Shown piece by piece: positions 12,313-25,949 of a stretch of 64,000 nucleotides of DNA. Below the pieces are notes generated by a model, which saw only the letters and a list, made by a program, of their open reading frames with translations, was not told where the DNA came from and ran no database searches. Source of the DNA: Octopus sinensis (taxonomy: Eukaryota). Position numbers and translations under genes: made by a program. The stretch covers positions 36,084,001-36,148,000 of the forward strand of contig NC_043009.1 in NCBI RefSeq assembly GCF_006345805.1. The letters are read 5' to 3'. Positions within the stretch are counted from its first letter, which is position 1. Each line of letters begins with the position of its first letter.

Positions 12313-14220
12313 CACGAAAGTGAAAACTATTTCTACAGTGTGCAAACGGACTATTGAAATATCTTATACACGGTAACAAATGTATTCAAAGACATAAAGC
12401 CCAAAACTTTACAAAGTGTGGTTGAAAAATCCCATGTTGAAGTCAAAGAGTTGCTTGCACACTTACAAATGCCAAAAACAGAGTTGGAAACCTTCAAGGG
12501 CGATCCGCTCGTGTACCATCAATTTATTAAATCGTTTCAACTCAGCGTTGATTCGATTTCTAATAATGATTTCAAACTGACGCGTTTAATTCAGTTCACA
12601 CTAGTTTCCGCGATAGATGCCATCAGGGGCTTCTCTTAATCGGTAGTGAGGGGGGATATCAACAAGCACTTGCTATTCTCCAGAATAGATTTGGCAATTC
12701 CCACTTGGTAACCGAGGAAATCCTCAATAATGTGAAACAAAGTGGAGGCACATAGCCTAGTGGTTAGAGCAGCGAACTCGCGGTCGAGGGATCGCGGGTT
12801 CGAATCTCAGACTGGACGATGTGTGTGTTTATGAGCGAAGCACCTAAGCTCCACGCGGCTCCGGCTGAAGGTAATGGCGAAACTTCTGCTGACTCTTCCG
12901 CCACAACTTTCTCTTACCCTTTCCTCCTGCATCTTGCAGCTCACCTGCAACGGACCGGTGTCCCGTCCAGGTGGGGAACCTATACGCCAAGAAACCGGGA
13001 AACCGGCCCTTATCAGCCAGGCATGGCTCGAGAAGGAACAAACAGCAATCTGAAACAAAGTAAACTAGTGAAAACACCGCAAGAATTACAGAAACTAGCG
13101 GACGATCTGAAAAATTCCGAGTTGATTTTAACGAAGCTAAACATACTTCAAGAAGTGAATCTGCAATCAAACATTTTGTACATTATTAACCGTTTACAAC
13201 CTTACTTACAAATTAAGTGGAAGAAACTTGCTCTTGAATACAAAAGTTCCAAGGAAGATTATCCTAAATTCAATTTTCTGGTAGAGTTTACTGCTTAAGC
13301 TGCATCAGATGTGAATGACCCTGTCTATGGCAAAATGATAATAAAGAAATATCACGATCATGGGTCAAAGACTGCTACTACTACAAGCTTGATTACTAGT
13401 GCTACTAATCACAGAGACAATATAACCATACTGGTACTTATGCGCGTGCAGAACCAGCATGTGTTGTGTAATGAACATCATCGATTGTGGCATTGCCAGA
13501 TGTTTCGGAGAATGACACCAAAACACAGGTTAGGCCTTGTCATAGAACGGAAATTGTGTCGTGATTGTCTTTTGTCTAGTCACGATACAGAACCATGTAG
13601 GAAACAATGTAATGTGGCAGGTTGTGGTAAAAAAAAATCACACCATGTACATTCATGTAAATGAAAATCCACCAAGTCAGGATAGTAATGTGTCAAACGC
13701 TAATATATCTGCTAGCACTGATTCAGTTACACACATGCCAATTGTACGAATTAGAGTTAATGGTGGTATGAAAGAGTTTGTCCTGTTTGATACAGGCGCA
13801 AGTAATTTTTTTGTACAAGTCGTCTAGCAAAACGATTGCACTTGCAGGGTAAATCTGTGTCGTATCATATGAATACATTGAACAGGTCTACATCTGCTAA
13901 GTTAGAAATGGTTCGTTTATCTTTATGTACTGAAGATGATGACAGTTTAGAGATTTCTGGTGTAAATGTGGTTGATGAAATCCCGGCAAAAACAACACAG
14001 ATAGATTTAAGCAATATGAACATCGTGATATTAGCTTGCCACATTGTGATAGTTCTTGCCAGGTAGATCTATAACTAGGTCAAGATCATGCAGAAGCCTT
14101 TATACAATTAGAGGTACATAAGGGTAACGAAGGAGAGACCATTGTTGTTAGAACAGTCTTTGGTTGGTGTATCAATGGCCAGTCACCGGTTAAAAAGGTT
14201 AGTTGTCAAGTCATATGTAA
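12313..14220 (+). mobile_element. BEL/Pao LTR retrotransposon gag-protease fragment, interrupted by a SINE
   Basis: MPKTELETFKGDPLVYHQFIKSF (DUF1759-like gag); triple Cys/His knuckle C..CNEHH.LWHC..F..M....R...V....LC..CL...H....C...C.V.GCGKKHHT..H; protease LFDTGAS; LIGQDH...GWCING. Broken by stops and frameshifts. Confidence 0.88.
12744..13050 (+). mobile_element. tRNA-derived SINE (family C2) with 11-bp TSD
   Basis: A-box TAGCCTAGTGG, B-box GGTTCGAATCT. The TSD TGAAACAAAGT is at 12733-12743 and 13051-13061. Removal restores the gag frame EEILNNVKQSKLVKTPQEL. Confidence 0.92.
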
Positions 14221-14227
14221 CTTTGTT

Positions 14228-14420
14228 TGATATACATATGTATATACATATACGACGGGCTTCTTTCAGTATCCGTCTACCAAATCCACTCAAAAGGCTT
14301 TGGTCGGCCCGAGGCTATAATAGAAGACACTTGCCCAAGGTGCCACGCAGTGGAACTGAACCAGGAACCATGTGATTCGTAAGCGAGCTACTTACCACAC
14401 AGCCACTCCTACGCCTACGC
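14228..14420 (-). mobile_element. Family A SINE, 5' half
   Basis: CGACGGGCTTCTTTCAGT...GAAGACACTTGCCCAAGG...CACACAGCCACTCCT. Confidence 0.85.
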
Positions 14421-17400
14421 CACACAGCTACTCCTACGCTTAAATATTTTATATAAATCAGTCATTATCCAATATTGAACATAAAATGGTAGGTTGATTA
14501 GACATGAATATACTGTCAATTTTTGACATAATTAACATATGCATGCACTGATACATCCATACATCCAACCAAACATACAAATTATATATGCATAAATACA
14601 TGCATGCATACATGCGTGTATGTGTATGTGGGTGACTGTGTGTGCATGCATACACATACACCTATATAAATACACACATATGTGTATACAAATATTCTTG
14701 TATGTGTAAATGTACAGATTTGTCGTGTTATGTTTGTATGTAGATATGCATATGTATATGTATTAGTATGCGTGAGAGCAGATATATAAGTGTTTGTGGG
14801 TGGTGATTCTGTTGAATTAATACAATTCTGTTGACAATTCTTCCGTTTCCTTAGAATATTTCAGCATTTTCCCCCACTTCAAAATATACATTTTGGGCAA
14901 ATCTTCAAATGTTTAATGACTGAAATGGAATCTTTCCAAGTGTGAAAATTCGCCGTGAAGTTGAGAAGACGTGAATGTAATAAAGAAATATGCCGCCGCC
15001 AACAGCGGCCCAAATGTAATAAATAGTTGTTTTAGCAATTGGACATCCCAAAAGAGAAAGTAATGATATATATGTTTTTTCAAGACTATGTGCGGTTTTA
15101 CATTGTAATTTCGTCGTCATCATCGACGTCGTTATTGTGCGTTCGTTTGTTTTGATTTTTAATCTTTATGTTTGGCCTCACATCAATCGAGACTGTGAGC
15201 AAAGGCGCTTTCAACGAGCGCTTGTCCAGTGTTCTTTTCGTATGTATGAAGTTATTTTTTCTCCTTTTTAAATCATAATATATCGAGGCAATAGAAAGAT
15301 GTCTGCTTCGATTTTAAGACGGTATGGTGTGATTAGATGGAGATTTAGCTGCTATTCCCAGCAGGTTGAATGACTGAGTAGAGCCTCCATTTTATGTTGT
15401 TATTTTCAGCAACACCAGACTAGCTTTGATCGAGAAGACCATGCGTCATTGTTGGCGGATGACGTGTCTAGTACTACATTACCTTATATCTATCGTTCCT
15501 TCTTTAAAACTGTAGAGTATTATTTGAAGATCTGCTTCCTTCTAATGCTACATTTTCTTGGTGAAAGTCTAATTTATTCCGAAGTAACTTCTCCAAAAAG
15601 AAAAACGGTCGTAATTTTCATAATTAGCGTCAAGAACTACATTCGTGTACGTATCTTCAATAAAATCTGTAGAGGTAGCTCAAACCGAAAAGATACCCAT
15701 TTGTTCCAGACATCGTGTATTTAAGGATAATCTAGCTGCTATTTCTAGCAGATAAAGTAACTATGAAGAGGTTCCAGTGATGGCTTATATTTTTGTTGTT
15801 GGTGGTTAACCCCAGGATGGGTCTGAACGAGCAGATTTATGTTCAAACGTAATTCAATAGGGACCATCGCGTTTTATTTTATTTTATTTTATTTATTAAT
15901 TTTTGTATTACTTAGTATTGTTTTCTCCGGATAGAATTATCCATTGTGCTTTTCTTTGTTTGATGTGCATTTGGTTACTATCTTTAGCAAAGCGAACTAC
16001 TGCTAAGTGACTTTCTCGCTGCTTCCTTATATTATGTTGTACGTTTTAGTGTAGATGCCTTTGTGGGGGTCATTTTACCAACTAGAAATAGCAATTAGAT
16101 CTCTTTCGAATCTCATCATACTATCTTAAAGCAAAAAGATGCATTGGACAATATAGTCCAAGATATGCTAAGAGATGGGATGGTCACGGTTGGAATATCT
16201 TTGACAATAGATGTGCTCGATCATTTCTGAACTTGTGGCTAGACAACACTATAAATGTCGTTGAATGAATAAAATGTTTGGATACATGTCGATTCATCTT
16301 TTAAGTAAGTCAGGACAATTTATCATGAGATCAGAATCCAACATAAAATTAGTGAAGAGAAATACTTGATGCTGGAAGCAAAGGAAAATGAACGTCAGGT
16401 CAACAAGTTCTGAATAAAGTAGAAATTAATGATTTGAGTTCAGTTGTCTTAAATTGGATTATAATTTCTCGGAAAATCTCTAACTTTTAGGCAACGCAAT
16501 TATATTTGTCACTAATTGTACGAATCTTTTGTACGAGTAGAATTCTGTAAGCTCTAATATATTGCCGGTGATGTGTCTATATCTAAATTGTGTAAAATAT
16601 TCTTTAGGTTGCAAACGGAGGAATATAAAACATTATAACTTAAAGCACATATTTTGACAAATAATAATGTAACAGCGATGTAAAGAGTTGCGATTAAATT
16701 ATCTCAATTATATCAATCATAAATTGTTTCCCTTAAACTACGAATATCAATTTGTCGGTACATCTCAGTTTGAGCGGATGAGGTAGGAGAGGGCAGCTTC
16801 CCAGTATAATCTCTCATGCTATCTCAAATGAATCATGAGAATGTATCAGTACATCTCAATCCATGGTTAACAACATCAAAGAAACAGTTTAATGCCGTAA
16901 AACAAAGGGAAGAAAACGGTAAATAAGACAATATTTAAATAAAGTATTAAGTAATAAATGTCTTAGGTGAATTATTGTTAACATGATTATGATATATCCC
17001 CGACTGTTAACCTCATCTTTAAAGATGTGGCATCATTTAATATTTGTATCTGCACAGTAATAATTCAAATACTTTATATTTCTAAACTTGAAGTTAATAG
17101 ACCGAAAATTATAAACATACTCAGAAACAGCTTAAGAAAAGTTTACTTTTTCCTATCAAAGAAGAATATAAAATTAATTCCAACTAGAATTTATGTGAAG
17201 TATTGAAATGGATATTTTGATAAGATCAAAAGTGATTTTAGAAACAATTCTTTCAGCAAATGATGTAGACAAATAGGACATCTGACGATGTTATAGAAAT
17301 GCAATGATGTGAAGAAGGTGATTTATTAATTAATCTATCATATAAAGTGGTTTTAGCTTTAAACAATTGAGCAATAACATTTCTAATTATGAAGAATTCT

Positions 17401-17653
17401 TTGTAATTTTGCCAGAAGATAATTTATAGTGTACGAAGGTTGTATTGCAAGTTCTAACTTTGAATATTTCCCTGTGGTTTTGTCAGAACATTTCTATCAT
17501 GCATTTCTTTTTCTCGGGAATACATACTTGAATAGGTACCACACTGCCACTTGCAACAGATTAATTACCAGCTTGTATATGGTGAGGGAATCAGCTTCCA
17601 TCGGCTTGGTGCCAAAAAACTGCAGTTAAACATCTGTTCTTTTTGGAAATCTA

Positions 17654-17654
<1 letters not shown>

Positions 17655-17707
<53 letters not shown>
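17655..17707. repeat. (TAT)n microsatellite
   Basis: Direct reading; it abuts the 5' end of the Tx1-like element. Confidence 0.95.
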
Positions 17708-17709
<2 letters not shown>

Positions 17710-17710
<1 letters not shown>

Positions 17711-20590
17711 CGTCCTGGCTGGACGTGTGTCGTACTGCTCATGGGTTTATCTGTTTACTTGTGTCTCCACAAGTCGTTAATTGTTGAATTTTGTTCCAAA
17801 ACATTTGTTGGCGCCACCAGGACTTCATAGGACTGAGCGGTTTGAGAGCTCAGATTCGAAAAGAATGTTTTCATTTTAATAACAAACATATGCATTGCTC
17901 AGTGACATGGAGGAGGAAGTCACAAGTAGATATGACAAAGAATTGCAATATATGTCAGAATCCTCCGCCTTCAACCCTCAAATAGAAGGGGAGGTGAATA
18001 CTCACCAACTTCAAAGTTCAGTGGACCAGACTACTAGTATGACGACTAACAGCAGCAGCAACACCAACAATAACATCACGGCACGGGAATTTAATTCCAA
18101 CCAAGATATTGACTTCTTCCGCTATAAAGTGACAATACCACAGACATCAACAACACTGACAACGTAACCACGAACACAGCCACCACCAACACCATCACCA
18201 CCACCACTGCAACAACAAAAGTTGTGACAGCAGGAAAAAAACAAAAACAACAGTGGCCACAGCAACACAAAAATGACAACAATGATTCAAACGTGAATAA
18301 CAATAACAACATCAATAACAACAGCATTCTCTCAGTGACAGCTTCTAAAGATACTGAACTGTATAATTGGAATATACTACAAAAAGACATATGTCTGGCC
18401 CAAGCAGCCACACTGATCAAATTCGAAAATTCATGGATTGGCATAGCCATTCTCTTGCCGCCCCTTCCCCGTAGTGTTGGCAAGAACACGAAAAAAACTG
18501 TGATAACGTGTTTCCATACATGTAACAAATGTAATGTGTTTCCATAAACACAAAACGGCCGGAGACAGCGAATCAGATAGATATGGAAGAAATTATGTCC
18601 GACATACAGTACATCTCGAGAGCCAAACAATTTGCAGGCATTTCAGTGCTCTTCATAAATGAAGCTCTGGCCGTCAGACACTCCGTGATTCCTTGGTTGT
18701 TCCTTCTCGAGCCATGCCTGGCTCATAAGGGCCGGTTTCCCGGTTTCTTGGCGTATAGGTTCCCCACCTGGACGGGACGCCGGTCCATCACAGGTGAGCT
18801 GCAAGATGCAGGAGGAAAGAGTGAGAGAAAGTTGTGGCGAAAGAGTCAGCAGAAGTTTCGACATTACCTTCTGCCGGAGCTGCGTGGAGCTTAGGTGTTT
18901 CGCTCATAAACACACACATCGCCCGGTCTGAGATTCGAAGCCGCGATCCCTCGACCGCGAGTCCGCTGCTCTAACCACTAGGCCATGTGCCTCCACCGTG
19001 ATTCCTTGACGAAGAGATATGATCTCCATCTATCATATTTAGGATGGAGGACGGTGAGATTAAGGTCTCAGGAATTCTACCTGAGGTAGATATATATGGT
19101 AGATTTTAACATACATCATCTTGATAGGAAGTGACATCCTCCTGAAGGTGAAACATACTCGTCGTGAAAACTGCCCTGGGACCAGTGTGGTGGTGATATT
19201 CCTCATCAACCTAGACACTATCCACAAGATTCCAGACCTCATTTGGCTTCCGGGATGGAGAGCTGCATGTTACGGTCGCTCTCACATGTGTAGGGAAATT
19301 GACAACTGGCAGGAACAACAAAATTAGCAACTGCTGGAACGACTCCAACACCAGCAACACCAGCAACACCAACAAAACCAGCAGTAGTTCCATCATCACC
19401 ACCTTCAACAACATAAATAAAAATAAAGGACACATAAATGTCAAGGATTCTCCCAACGAAGCTCTCCCTCTCCCCTTTTCTGCTTTCTCTGAATTCAAAC
19501 ATACTTATAGCCTCTCACCAAGATTCAACAGATACTGATACCCCCGCATCATGCAGTGAAAATAAAGCCCTAAAAACCAACGAAAAACAATTAAACATCA
19601 TATCTCACACCAACACATACCAAACAACATAGAAAACACACTCACAACAATCACAGACACTACAACACCAATCTCTACAGCACCACATTCGTCAACGCTT
19701 CTGCTGCTTCCACTACGGGCTCCACCAGCACTACCACAACCGAACAATCCACTAAACGAAAACACACTCAACAGCAGCAACCAACCACACAAACACAAAA
19801 GTTCGTGTTATGAGGAGGGTCAATAAAGAAGTGATGACTCTCAAATTTATGCGTCCCTTAGTCGGCTTGAAATGGGAGGTGAGGTGGCAGTGCTGTTTAG
19901 GAAAGACCTGGATCTCGAGGTACAGACGATCTTCCCGGACCCCTGTTCGAGATGTGCGCAGAGCGATGGAAACGTTCTGCATGCACACATCCAGTATCCG
20001 GACATTGCAGACTTGTGGGGCTTTGTCGGACACGCAGTTTTCGCATGTAGGACAGATCCGGTTATCGGCCTAGTCCATCGCGAAGATGGCCCCATCGCTT
20101 TCTTTAGGCCTAGCGGGAGGCACAGTTTTCCTGCCTGATTGCTATAGCAAAAGAGGTAGTGTAGTGGATGAGGTTAGAAGGACTGAAAACAGAGATATTT
20201 TCCTCTTCGGCCAAGCTTTCATCGACTTTTTTAAATTCCACTTGAAAAGGAAATTGGAGGAGGAAAGGTAAGTGTTGCACTCTAGTATCTTTGGTTGAGA
20301 GGTAAGTGAAAGTTGCGAGGAATGTTGCAGTTTGAACATTCGTCTATACGCTAGTGGGAATGAAAAGGAGAGAAGTACCTGGTAGCCTGGGCTACCCTTG
20401 TAGATCGAGGTGACCTGGATGTGTGGTTTCCCAAGGTGGAATTCCCTCCTCTTGGGGATTTTATTGTTTATATTTTGTTGTTAATTGTTACTGTTTTATT
20501 TACACGCATTTTTGTGTTAAGTTCAACTTGACTCTTGTTTCAGTATTGTCCTTTTCTCTTGCGTTCGGCCTTTATGGCCAATAGCGAAAA
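17710..20590 (+). mobile_element. Tx1-clade LINE with degraded ORF1, a few residues of APE endonuclease fused to the ORF2 C-terminus, and 3' UTR
   Basis: ORF1-like pieces: low-complexity T/N/S tracts, IQYISRAKQF, IKVSGILPEVDI, KIPDLIWLPG. ORF2 reads GGEVAVLFRKDLDLEVQTIFPDP directly followed by CSRCAQSD..VLHA...DLW.FV, then KEVVWW and FFKFHLKRKL; this part is homologous to the Tx1 fragment at 40.2-40.6 kb. Confidence 0.75.
18696..18995 (-). mobile_element. Family C2 SINE with 13-bp TSD
   Basis: Reverse-complement copy of 12744-13050. TSD CCGTGATTCCTTG at 18683-18695 and 18996-19008. Confidence 0.92.
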
Positions 20591-20639
20591 GATTGTTATT
20601 ATTATCATTGCTGTAGTTGTTATTGCTGTTGTTGTTGCG

Positions 20640-21075
20640 TGCATGCATACTTACATACATACATACATACACACACACATACATACATACATACATACAT
20701 ACATACATACAACATACATACATACAGACATACATACATACATACAACATACATACATACAGACATACATACACACACACACACACACACATACACACAT
20801 ACATACATACAACATACAACATACATACATACATACAGACATACAAACATACACACACATACATACGTACATACATACATGCATACACACACACATACAT
20901 ACGTACCTGCATACATACATACATACAGACAGACAGACATACATACATACATACATGCAGACAGACACACACACGCACACATACGTACATACATGCATAC
21001 ACACACACATACACACATACATACATACATACATACATACATACATACATACATACATACATACATACATACATT
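20640..21075. repeat. (TACA)n/(CA)n compound microsatellite
   Basis: Direct reading; source of the THTY/MYVC ORFs. Confidence 0.95.
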
Positions 21076-23379
21076 ATGGCTGCCCCCTCGTTATCGAGTA
21101 TGGCCATTGCACAAAGCTTAACTGTTACTGGTGCTGTGATCGAATGTGACTTTTTAGCCCAGCTAAAGATCTACAATGTCTTGTACAAAATTGGCAACTA
21201 AAACCTTTACCGGTAACAGCAGGCTGTAGTTGTAACTGGGCTATACATACATACATACATACATACATACATACATACATACATACATACATACATACAT
21301 ACATACATACACAATTCTTTCTTTGTATTTGTGGAATGTTTTTTCATATGCTGAAAACTTGTTTAATGTATCCGGTTATTGTTGGTATCACCTCACTCAT
21401 GACTTATGTTTCCCTGATCCGCCTAAAGGAAATACCATCAAAAACGTCCGGGTAGTTAATCCTTACCATGCTTAGATCCATCTTTCTATTTCTACAGCCT
21501 TCAGTTATGAATTCGTCGATTAATAGTTGACTCTTACAGCCCTATGAGCTTTGCAGCAACCCATGCGCCCTTCTGGAAACGAGGGCTGGTCACATGCTTA
21601 TTTATTCTTTGTGGTATCATTGCAAAAGAGGTATTCCAAGCTGTAGGAAGGCAGGTTATGAGTCTGTGTAGTCTTTCAGTTTTGCTACGATCCATTTACT
21701 CACCTTCCTGCTCTATTGTCATTACGTAAATATAACGCTGGAAATGTGCTTACTGTCTGAGAGAGATAATAAGAGGAATAAAGGAAAAGATGAAGAAGAG
21801 CTCAGAGAGACTTGAGTAATGTTAAAGTTTATGATGATCCTAGCAAGACTCGATACTGCGAACATGTTTTACAAATAAGTTCTATGAACAAAATGTTTAG
21901 AATTTATGGAACTTTATCCGCAGTGTGGTGTGCTGCCAATCATAATTTTGGCTGGTTATTATATAAAATTTATTTACATATATATGGAATAATATCTGAA
22001 TTCAGATGTAATCTCAAAGTACCTTGACTTACCAGTTTCAAATGAACAACAGTTAGCGCTGATTTTCGTTATTTGTTAAATTGAAGAATCGGTCTGACAA
22101 TTTGAATGAAAAAAAATTTTATAAAAAAATTAAATGACATGAAAAAAAATTTTTTTATATATATTATTATATCATCGCATAATTTTGATTCTTTGACATC
22201 AGGAATAAAACTAGTGAATGCTAACCGAGGCAGTGATATTTGTTTAACCTTAGAATTTCAAAGAATAATCTTTATATGTTTACCATCCAAAAAACATGGC
22301 CGGGGGGTGGAAATGGGAATATGTTTGAAACATTAACACAATGTTTTCATTTTATTTATATATTCTTTTGTGTAAATATTTTATAACAAAGGTTAGGAAT
22401 AGATATTGATTTATTATATATCTCCTGGTTTGTATGCAATAATATCTATTCCTCCATGCCATTTCTATTTTTTTTTAAATCGTTTTCCTTATATAACTTT
22501 TTGTGTTATCTGTGATTTAAAAGTAAACTCATTTCAAGACTTGTGTGATGCTGGTTTGTTAGTATTGTAACCTGCATGTGGTTGGTAATTAAAAAATGAA
22601 CTATTAGAATTTTTTAGAGTAGAAAAGATTAATGGTTTGATCTAGTGGAAGAGGTTGTACCAGTGGCCTGATAGGACTGTCCATGACAAGTTTTTATGTC
22701 CCTGTATAAACTGATGGCTGCTGAGAAAAATATGAACTGACGAGGGAGATTCTATATAGTCGTCTGAGGGAGAAGAAATAGCAACCAAATCTGTTAAATT
22801 ACAGCATACTGCCTTTAAAAGATCCAAGGATGCTCGAACATTGCAGATATGCAATTCCTGGAAAAGGATAGGATGATCGTGATTGGAACCCCTGCTTGTT
22901 TATGACGGACCCGCGGTTAATCAACAACAAAAATATAAAAGAATTCCAGAGGGAGGATATTCAAGAGAAAAGGACCAGGTGTAGTATTTTATGTGGGACC
23001 TGGAAGGGGATGGACACAACTGGAGATGCAGGAAAAGGAGATATTAGTGAATCTGATATACCGTATTAGAGATGATACCATACCAGTCAGTTCAAAGGAG
23101 GCCACCATAGTAGCGGTAGAAACTGCTGACAGAGAGAACATATGGAGTGCGTTGGGGAGTTACAGCAAAAACTATTCATCGACGTTTTTAGTGGGGGATG
23201 TATTTGTGTGGCAGCACCACCCACATAGCAACTAAGAGATCTGTGGTCTATTGTTGGTTACCCAAACTACCTATGTATCTATCTATCCATCTTTCTGTAT
23301 CTGACTATCCATCTACCTATTTGTCTGTCTGTCTATCTATCTATACACACACACACACATTTCAAAATGTGACCTCATG

Positions 23380-23560
23380 TGTACCGTTTGCGATTTTTTT
23401 TCCCTTTGTCTTCCCTTCTCCTATGTTTCCGACGAAGAGCTCCGCTCGAAACGTTAAACCCTCCTTCTTTCCTTATTTCCTGAGCGTCCAATAATACTAT
23501 ATTTGTTCCACGTCCTCGCGTTGTTGTGTTTTTTTTTTGTGCTTTCTTGTTTGGATTAAC
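23380..23560 (+). mobile_element. Short PLE pseudo-LTR-like repeat with a hammerhead-like motif
   Basis: GTTT-CCGACGA-A-GAGC tcc GCTC-GAA-ACGT-T-AAAC at 23425-23459. Related repeats with the shared downstream TTCCTGAGC lie at 29.2-29.37 kb (-) and 41.0 kb (+). Confidence 0.6.
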
Positions 23561-23565
23561 TATAT

Positions 23566-23641
<76 letters not shown>

Positions 23642-23644
23642 AAA

Positions 23645-24520
23645 AGTAAGCAGGAGTACTGGTTTTGTAGTTTTTACATATTTTCCAATGTAAATACTGC
23701 CGTGGCGATTTTTGTATTCGTTTGGTGGCAGCACAGAACATCCCGAGACGAGGTGGTCTATTGTTTCCTCAAATTTATCGCAGAATCTGCATTTAGGTTG
23801 AGAACCGTTCATAAGAATGTTAGCCTGGTAGTATTTTGTAAGCAAGCCGTGATCTTGTACCGTTAATATGAAACCTTCAGTCTCTGCTTTCAGTCCCGAG
23901 CTTCTCAGCCACTGGTGGGTTGTTGCTTGGTCTACATCAGCATTTCGGCTTCGAAGTATATACTGTCTTTGCAGAGGCTTCTGGCTCCACTGCTCCTCAG
24001 TTTGTTTCTACCCGTTCTTTTTTGCAGTGTTTGATCCGGTTTGCTTTTTCGTGGCAGTGGTTTCAGATTCTTCACCTAATTCAGGGCTAATTCCAAGTTC
24101 CCTTGCGAATTTGCATGCGTCCTTAAAAATAGAATGTAATCTTTTGCTGCTTTCGTGTTTGCACACAAGCCATAGCATCTAGGCCTCTGTACTAGATAGG
24201 TACTTGTTCATTGCTATTGTGGAAGTTTTATAGCACAGACCTACCTGCATCATTCCTCTTCCTTCACTACGTCTAGGTTGGTACAGACGATCAACGTCTA
24301 CCTTTGAGTTGTGCATTTTGTTAAATGCTAATAGCTTTCTCGTTTTCCTGTCCTGGCGTTGGAGTTCTGTAAGATTCCAGTTAATGATGTTAAAATTGTA
24401 TTGGACTACTGGAAGTGCTGGGGTATCAATGGCTTCGATACAATTTTTGAAGTTGAGTTCAGTTTTTAGTATGAGTTCTATCCTTCTGTAATACTCCTTT
24501 CGTATTTTTTCTTTCATAGT
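23645..24520 (-). mobile_element. R4/Dong-clade non-LTR retrotransposon fragment (RT thumb to CCHC finger)
   Basis: KEYYRRIELILKTELN.KN.IEAIDT.A.PVVQY.F.IINW...DRKTRKLL..NKMH..K.DVDRLY.PR..EGRG, followed by CRFCDKFEETIDHLVSGC...EYKNRH. Confidence 0.85.
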
Positions 24521-24568
24521 TGCATGTTGTATACCATCTCCTTTATTTATCCCCAGGTATTTACAGCC

Positions 24569-24569
<1 letters not shown>

Positions 24570-24632
<63 letters not shown>

Positions 24633-24646
24633 CATCATCATCATCA

Positions 24647-24680
<34 letters not shown>

Positions 24681-24725
24681 CATCATCATCATCATTATTA
24701 TTATTATTTATTATTATTATTATTA

Positions 24726-24774
<49 letters not shown>

Positions 24775-24810
24775 AATCATCATCATCATCATCATCATTA
24801 TTATTATCAC
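24570..24810. repeat. (TAT)n/(CAT)n microsatellite
   Basis: Direct reading; source of the poly-I/L/N ORFs. Confidence 0.95.
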
Positions 24811-25659
24811 CTATATTGTCAATAATTTGTATATTTTTAAAGGTTTTTATCAAGGCTAATTAACTTAATACCTGAGAGATATTATGCTCTTCACTCGGTA
24901 TTTTCAGTCCCATACCTTCGGTACAATTAAGGCCTTCTAATATAAATAAAGAGAAGAATTTGTAACTAACGGAGCAGAATAAGAATGAGTGGGCGATGGT
25001 GTAGAAATAATGAAGGAGAGAGGAATCTGTTTACGCTGCCATATTCAAAACAAATCTCATTAATGATGAAGAAAATAATTGAGATGGAAAAACAATTCAT
25101 GATTTAATTTCCAGTCCATTCAGTGAATTAGCAAACTCGAATTAACGAACGACATCAAAATCCAAATTAAGAATTTACATTTTTAAGTGGACAATAACAA
25201 CAAAAATGGAACAAAAAGCCCACTACAGTCACACTTTCAACACGCGATAATGGTAATTCCATCTATGAAATTACCAGGAAACTCACAAGAAACACAACTT
25301 TACGGCGGGTAATCGCGAGGCTGAAACAGCCAATTACTCTCAATAATTTGCCTAAAAATGATATTGCAGGATATTATTCCGTTCGGCTACGCACTATATT
25401 ACTTTCGTTATGGATTTTAATAGTAATGCCAAAAGAAATGGTTCATTTGACCCCCTAGAATACCGAAACTACATTAAAACAACGAAAAAGGTTAAAATCT
25501 ACATTGAATGACATCGTGTAAACATTACCCCCAAATATATTTATTAATGCAGCACAATATCAATGTGGACCTGACTATCGGATGTTGCTATAAAGCACTA
25601 GTCACATTTCGCTTCCTCGTATTGCTGTAGGTTTCGAATGATTCCACCCCACTGGCTAC

Positions 25660-25940
25660 CCAGGCAAGCAGATTTCATTCACTGGACTGCGGCCATGCTG
25701 GAGCATCATCTTGAAGGGTTTCGTCGAACAAATCAACCCTAGTACCTATTCTGTCTATGTCTGGTACTTGTTCTACTGTTCTCTTTTGCCGAACCGCTAG
25801 ATTACGGGGACGTAAACAAACTAATACCCGTTGACAAGTTGTATTGGTGGCCACACACAAACACAAAGATATACGTAGATAAATACACATATATAAACGT
25901 CAAGCTTCTCCCAGTTTCTATCTACCAAAACCATTGGGGC
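25660..25940 (-). mobile_element. Degraded family A-like SINE
   Basis: GACTGCGGCCATGCTGGAGCA...CTCTTTTGCCGAACCGCTA...GGGACGTAAAC. Confidence 0.75.
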
Positions 25941-25949
25941 TGTACTCGA

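Noticed and set aside
20560-20585. TCGGCCTTTATGGCCAA resembling the 5' end of U2 snRNA (Keno-type Tx1 target)
   Set aside because: The match is only about 17 nt with mismatches, and no further U2 sequence flanks either end. It is better explained as the LINE's own terminal hairpin plus poly-A signal.
22640-23235. GC-richer coding-like segment (ORF 22993-23235)
   Set aside because: Probably a decayed retroelement ORF, but no diagnostic motif is recognisable, so it is not annotated.
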